Below, one piece after another: positions 59,524 to 64,000 of a stretch of DNA of 64,000 nucleotides. Numbering within the stretch: position 1 is the first letter of the stretch; each line of letters starts with the position of its first letter. The notes beneath the pieces are model-generated. The model had not been told where the DNA came from. It did not search any database and saw only the letters and a list, made by a program, of their open reading frames with translations. A program made the translations under genes and the position numbers. The stretch comes from Elsinoe ampelina (lineage: Eukaryota): positions 404,894 to 468,893 of the forward strand of contig ML992509.1 in the NCBI GenBank assembly GCA_010093995.1, in the 5' to 3' direction.

Positions 59524-60121
59524 TGTCAGCACATGGGGTATCAATGGATATGGATATCAGAGGGACAAGGCTGTCGTGCGTCGTGCGAGGTTCCCAGGAT
59601 CCACTTTGATGTGCGCCCAAAGCTTCAAGCCCCCGGCGTGATCTGCATCCGAGATTGAGGGTCTGCAGGGTAAACAGTCGCGCATCTTCAATGGTCTGCA
59701 TTGACAGACATGGTTTTCACGACTTGAGGAACAGATTGAGTATACCAAATCTCTTGACCCATCGGACGTGTGCATCGGGCATATTTTGTACACATTCCGT
59801 GAGACAAAGCATCATGTGGAGCGTCTCAAAGCGCGAAAGAGAGTTTCTGAGCTTTGGTCCTTCTGGCTGCTGTGACGTCGATGACGTTGCGAGGTGCGCT
59901 CCTTCAAATGCACCCTCTGTCGATCAAAAAACCACCAGGCCCAGGCTTTGAGATGTTGTATTCCGGCCTGACTGCCTTGTAAATTGCTATTCATTAATCG
60001 CCCAGCGCCTGGTAGCCCACTCGATCCATTTGAGTCTTGTTTGTCGTGTCCTCTTTGGAAAGAGCAAAGTGGCTCGTCCCCCTTTTGGACGACCCCGCAG
60101 ACCCCGAGGCCGACCACCAAC

Positions 60122-63082
60122 ATGGCCGCTTCAATAACATGCCCGGACCCATCCGCGCATCGAGACACAAAGCTCCAGGAACAGGCATCTACTGCAGCAC
60201 TTCTCGCAGCCAGTCCGCGACAAAAGACGAATGCATCCGATATCCTCGACAAGGATAACAGGCTTTCTTCGAGGAGTCCGTCTTCACCACGTAGCAATTG
60301 AAATTGGAAGCTGCATGAAACTGACAATGGCACAGGCGCAGCAATGTCACTAAAGCATGCGAAGCCCGAAGACCTTCCCAGCTGGCCCAGCACAGGTGGT
60401 GTAGCCTTGAGCGCATCGTCTGGCGCTGCGAACCTCGCAAACGCAAATCAAAAACCTTTTGAGCATTGGAAACCAGATCCCTCCTCTGCAGCTGGGAAGG
60501 CAGCACTCCTAGCAAAGGACTATAAGATGGATCCACTCTGGCAGCCCAGCATGAGCGCTGCTGGCTCCAAAGCCGCGCTTCTCGCTCACAAAGAAGGTGG
60601 GAAACTTCACCTGTGGTCTCCAGAAGCCAGCGCGGCTGGTAGTTCGGCAGCCACACAGGCATTCAAGAACAACACCCTCAGCCCGAATGTCGATTATGGA
60701 TACACGGAAGATGGCAGGAGCAAGGCCCTCCTCGCTGCTACAAAGTCGGTCAAAAGTTCTCGCGCCCGCGCAGGATCAGTGCCAACACCTGCGCCACCTG
60801 CATATCCAGATTCTGCCAATTCTGCCTACAATGCTTTGAACGCTGCGACAAAAGCAAACAGGGCGCCCTCGTCGAGAGGTCAGGAAGACTACCAAATGTC
60901 TTCTCCCTCCCTCGAGGAGTCGCGGATCAAGCACTTGAGCGACAAGATTTCGAGAGAAATGTTTACGGACCACCCACCCGTTGATATTGAGGTTCAAGAG
61001 AAGAAGCATCAAGACGCGTTGCGCGCTTCTGCTATTTCCATGGCGAAAGGCATGTACAACTTGCAGCAAAAGAAGCAATCGGAAGGTCCGACCTCGCCCG
61101 GCAGCACGGCCGCTTCGACCGCCATTGGCCGCAGCAACACCACTGGAGCACAGCCAGATATCCGTCAACAAGCTCTCCAGTACATCCATCTCCAGGAAGC
61201 TGCCCACAAGCTTGCTGAAGAGCGACTTGCAAAGATGGACCCTGACGGAGCGGCCAGATATCGCGAGCACTACGGCTATCCATTGCGATCACCCCGGCGT
61301 AAGCTGTCGGTCAAGGATCGATACTCCCGGCGACGCGCCAACAGTGATGCTAAAGTATTACCAGCCGACGATTCAGACTCGGACGACGATGACTTCCGCT
61401 CGCGACGCATCAGGAACCAGATGAACCAATTTAACAAGGATTTGGAGAGTCTTGACGAGAAGAAGCGCCAGTCAGATCGAGCTGCGCTACTTGCCGCTGC
61501 TGAGAAGAAAGTACAAGCCCAGATGCGTACTATGGATGACAAGCTCTATGCCGAGAAGGGCAAGGTCTCCCAGGCCAAGCTGGATGAGTGGCAAGCACTA
61601 TCCTACGAGAAGGCCGCTAGGGACAGTGCTAAGCGCACTGAGAATTTTGGAAAGGCTGACTTAGGCGGTGGGAAGTTTATGGATCAGAGTGAGATAGAAG
61701 CTATTGCTGCTGCAAGACTGAAGCCCACCTTGGACGAGATTAACGAAAATGCCGAAAAGCGCCGTGCTAGGGATGAAGAGATCAGACTCGACATGGAAGA
61801 GAAGAAGAGGCAAGAAATGAGCGAGAGGCAGCGTGAGAGGGAAGTCAAGATGCTGCAGAAGCAGACTAGAGGTGAATACGCCGTGGAAGTGGCAGGAATC
61901 ATCGCTGACATACCGCCAGAGTCAGAAAAAGCCACTGCGAGGCAAGAGAAAGAACAGCAGAAGGCAGCACATAAACAAGAGAGGGAGCAACAGAAAGCCG
62001 CTGCTAAGATCGAAAGGGACGCCGAAAAGGCCCGCAGAGCGGAAGAGAAGAAGGCTGCAAAGGACGATAAGCGACGATCCAAGGATGTCAAGCGTGACGC
62101 TGCCGCCGCCGCTACAGCTTCAGCTTCAGCACACGAAATGGCCGACAAGTCCGATCACCATCACTCTCCCAAATCATCCTCGGACTCCCCAGACCTGGAC
62201 GAGCACGAGTCACAATCGCCGGTCATCTCTCGCACTGCGACTGGTGACGCCGTACTGCATCCTGGCATCGAGCGACACGTCTCTACCATCTCTACCTCTG
62301 CGAGCGACGATGAAGCCGCTGATTCCTCACCGTCTAAGAAACCAGTCACCAAGCCGGTGGATGCTGCTGAAGTGCCACAAGCAGCACATATCGGGACTGA
62401 TGGTCCCATAGGCACCACCACGACCATAACTGCAAACAAAAAAGGCACAGAAGGCAAAGATCTCGAGTCCCCGCCACAATCGCCCAAGTCTCCGCACCGC
62501 ATCTCTCGCCTCTTCGATCGCTTGAAGCGCAAGAGTAAGCACGAGCGTGATGTCGAGCCAGGCACGCTGTCCCCAGGTCTCAAGTCCTCCAAGCTGTCCA
62601 AATCACCCAAGCATGACACAGACTCTGCGCCAAAGTCCTCGGCTGAAGACGAGCCCCCTGTCGCTTCCGCCACCGTCGACCCGACTGAGCCTGCTGTAGG
62701 TGCTCTGTCGGCTGTCGAGGCTCGCGGCATCGCCGAGAACCATGCCAGTGCCGCCGCTGCTTCGCCGAGCAGTTTCGTCAGAGGCAAGCCCCAAGATGAC
62801 GATGCGATCAGTAGCCTCAGCAGTCTGACAAGCGACGAGCCTGCTTCTTCTGTCGCCAGACCGTCAGGGGATAGTGCCACTACACCATCGAAGACTGGTC
62901 AGGATGGCAAGGACGAGGATAGCAAGGAGAAGCGCAGGTCATTTGGCTTGGGCATCGGAATGGGGAAGAGTATTCTTCCGAGCTTTGGTAAGGCCAAAGA
63001 TAGCGGGTCTACGAAGAGACAGAGCATTGATGGCTCAGCCAAGAGTCCTGCGAGGGAGACGAGGTTTCAGGAACAGTTGTAG
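60122..63082 (+). CDS. Eisosome assembly protein (Eis1/Seg1-like, Eisosome1 family)
   Basis: Intron 60276-60335 links an upstream exon to the 912-aa ORF; probable in-frame intron 61872-61919. Motifs YPDSANSAYNALNAA, ASAISMAK, A(H)KLAEERL and GKADLGGGKFMDQSEIEAIAAAR; long coiled coil. Confidence 0.8.
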
Positions 63083-63363
63083 GGACAATACGGGTACCAA
63101 AAAGGATACTGGGAAATCGGTTGGAAGAATAACTCCCCTGCAAGAAGAGGATCGAGAATGTATTCATGCAGTATTGCTTCATGAGAAATGTATAATTACG
63201 ACAGATGAATTATCGTGTCAATTACAGTTTAGACCTTACAAGAATCGATTCGCATCACATCGTGATTTGACAGCCATTTCCACAGCCGTAGTACTCTCAG
63301 ATGCCTCCTAAACGCCCTCGTCATCACCCCATACCCTCCCCCAATCCCTGACCTCTCTCCGCA

Positions 63364-64000
63364 CTACCTCACAACCCTAACCCCCAACCCCGTCCCCCCC
63401 GTCCTAAACCCCTCCACGACCCCACTCCCCACCCCCTCCTCCAACACCCACCCGAACCGCACCCCACAAAACCCCTTCCACTTCTTCGTCCGCCCCGGCA
63501 GTACCCCACTCCACTCCCCCCTCGTCCTCTTCGCCCTCCCCACCGCGTCTTCCTCCCCGGGGACATTCCCATCCCACCTCTCCCGCACCAAGGACGACAA
63601 CGCTTCCTTGTGCCGCGGACTGGATCTGCAGATCAACGAGACGAGGTGCGCGCGGGTCTGCGTGAGCAGGCGAAGGTACGAGGCGGTGTTGGGGAGGGAG
63701 AAGGTGAGAGTGCCTTGGCATTCTGCGGAGCGGGATGCGCTAGGGGAGGAGGAGGAGGAGGACGAGGACGGGGAGGTAGTGGGGGGGCAAGAGGTGGGGA
63801 GACCTCCGGTGCCTCCGCCGCGGAGGTGCACTGCGCCTATGCCGCCTACCGCGTCGAGGGAGCCGGTGGGGGCGGTGGTGCCGGCGTTGGCGACGGGGGT
63901 GGAGAGGCCGAGGGAAAAGGCGGATGTGTGGCTTATTGGTGCGGAGAGAGGGAGGGAGAGGGCCGAGGTGGAGGTGAGGAAGCCGTGGGTGATGAGGAGG
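63364..64000 (-). CDS. STK19: Stk19-family protein (3' part; 5' end outside window)
   Basis: Frame open to the window end: GFLT, TGSLDAVGG, SLPNTASYLRLL, RERWDG, GVLPGRTKKWK and FGWVLEEGVGSG. Confidence 0.75.
   Translation of the reverse strand, partial: LLITHGFLTSTSALSLPLSAPISHTSAFSLGLSTPVANAGTTAPTGSLDAVGGIGAVHLRGGGTGGLPTSCPPTTSPSSSSSSSSPSASRSAECQGTLTFSLPNTASYLRLLTQTRAHLVSLICRSSPRHKEALSSLVRERWDGNVPGEEDAVGRAKRTRGEWSGVLPGRTKKWKGFCGVRFGWVLEEGVGSGVVEGFRTGGTGLGVRVVR

Noticed and set aside
56513..63082. Functional linkage of the sphingolipid C9-methyltransferase and eisosome genes
   Set aside because: Thematic link only; they are separated by an unrelated gene and no shared regulatory evidence was seen.

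Overview
Gene-dense eukaryotic DNA from a filamentous ascomycete. A Dothideomycete-like origin is inferred from the short GT-AG introns (mostly 45-53 nt, with CTRAC-type branch points), the gene set and the GC content. About 31 protein-coding genes are supported. Core genes: PRP28, an Avt3/4 transporter, an Rsm26-like mitoribosomal protein, ARO3, a PPWD1-like cyclophilin, NF-X1/FAP1, SENP8/DenA, BCAT, sphingolipid C9-methyltransferase, an eisosome protein and Stk19. Secreted or carbohydrate-related genes: a sugar permease, S10 carboxypeptidase, type-B carboxylesterase, a DUF6055-like HExxH protein and PL4 lyase. There is also a run of five co-oriented orphan basic/coiled-coil genes (16.2-23.1 kb) and an accessory-looking block (35.6-49.4 kb) ending in a 1511-aa PNP-NACHT-ankyrin NLR. 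No tRNA, rRNA, CRISPR or transposon was recognised, and there is one 195-N assembly gap. The most striking non-gene signal is about 14 roughly 1-kb units in which the top strand flips sharply from C/A-rich to G/T-rich. These cut across genes, introns and UTRs and may mark replication origins or recombination hotspots. All family calls come from motif recognition by eye; no database searches were run.
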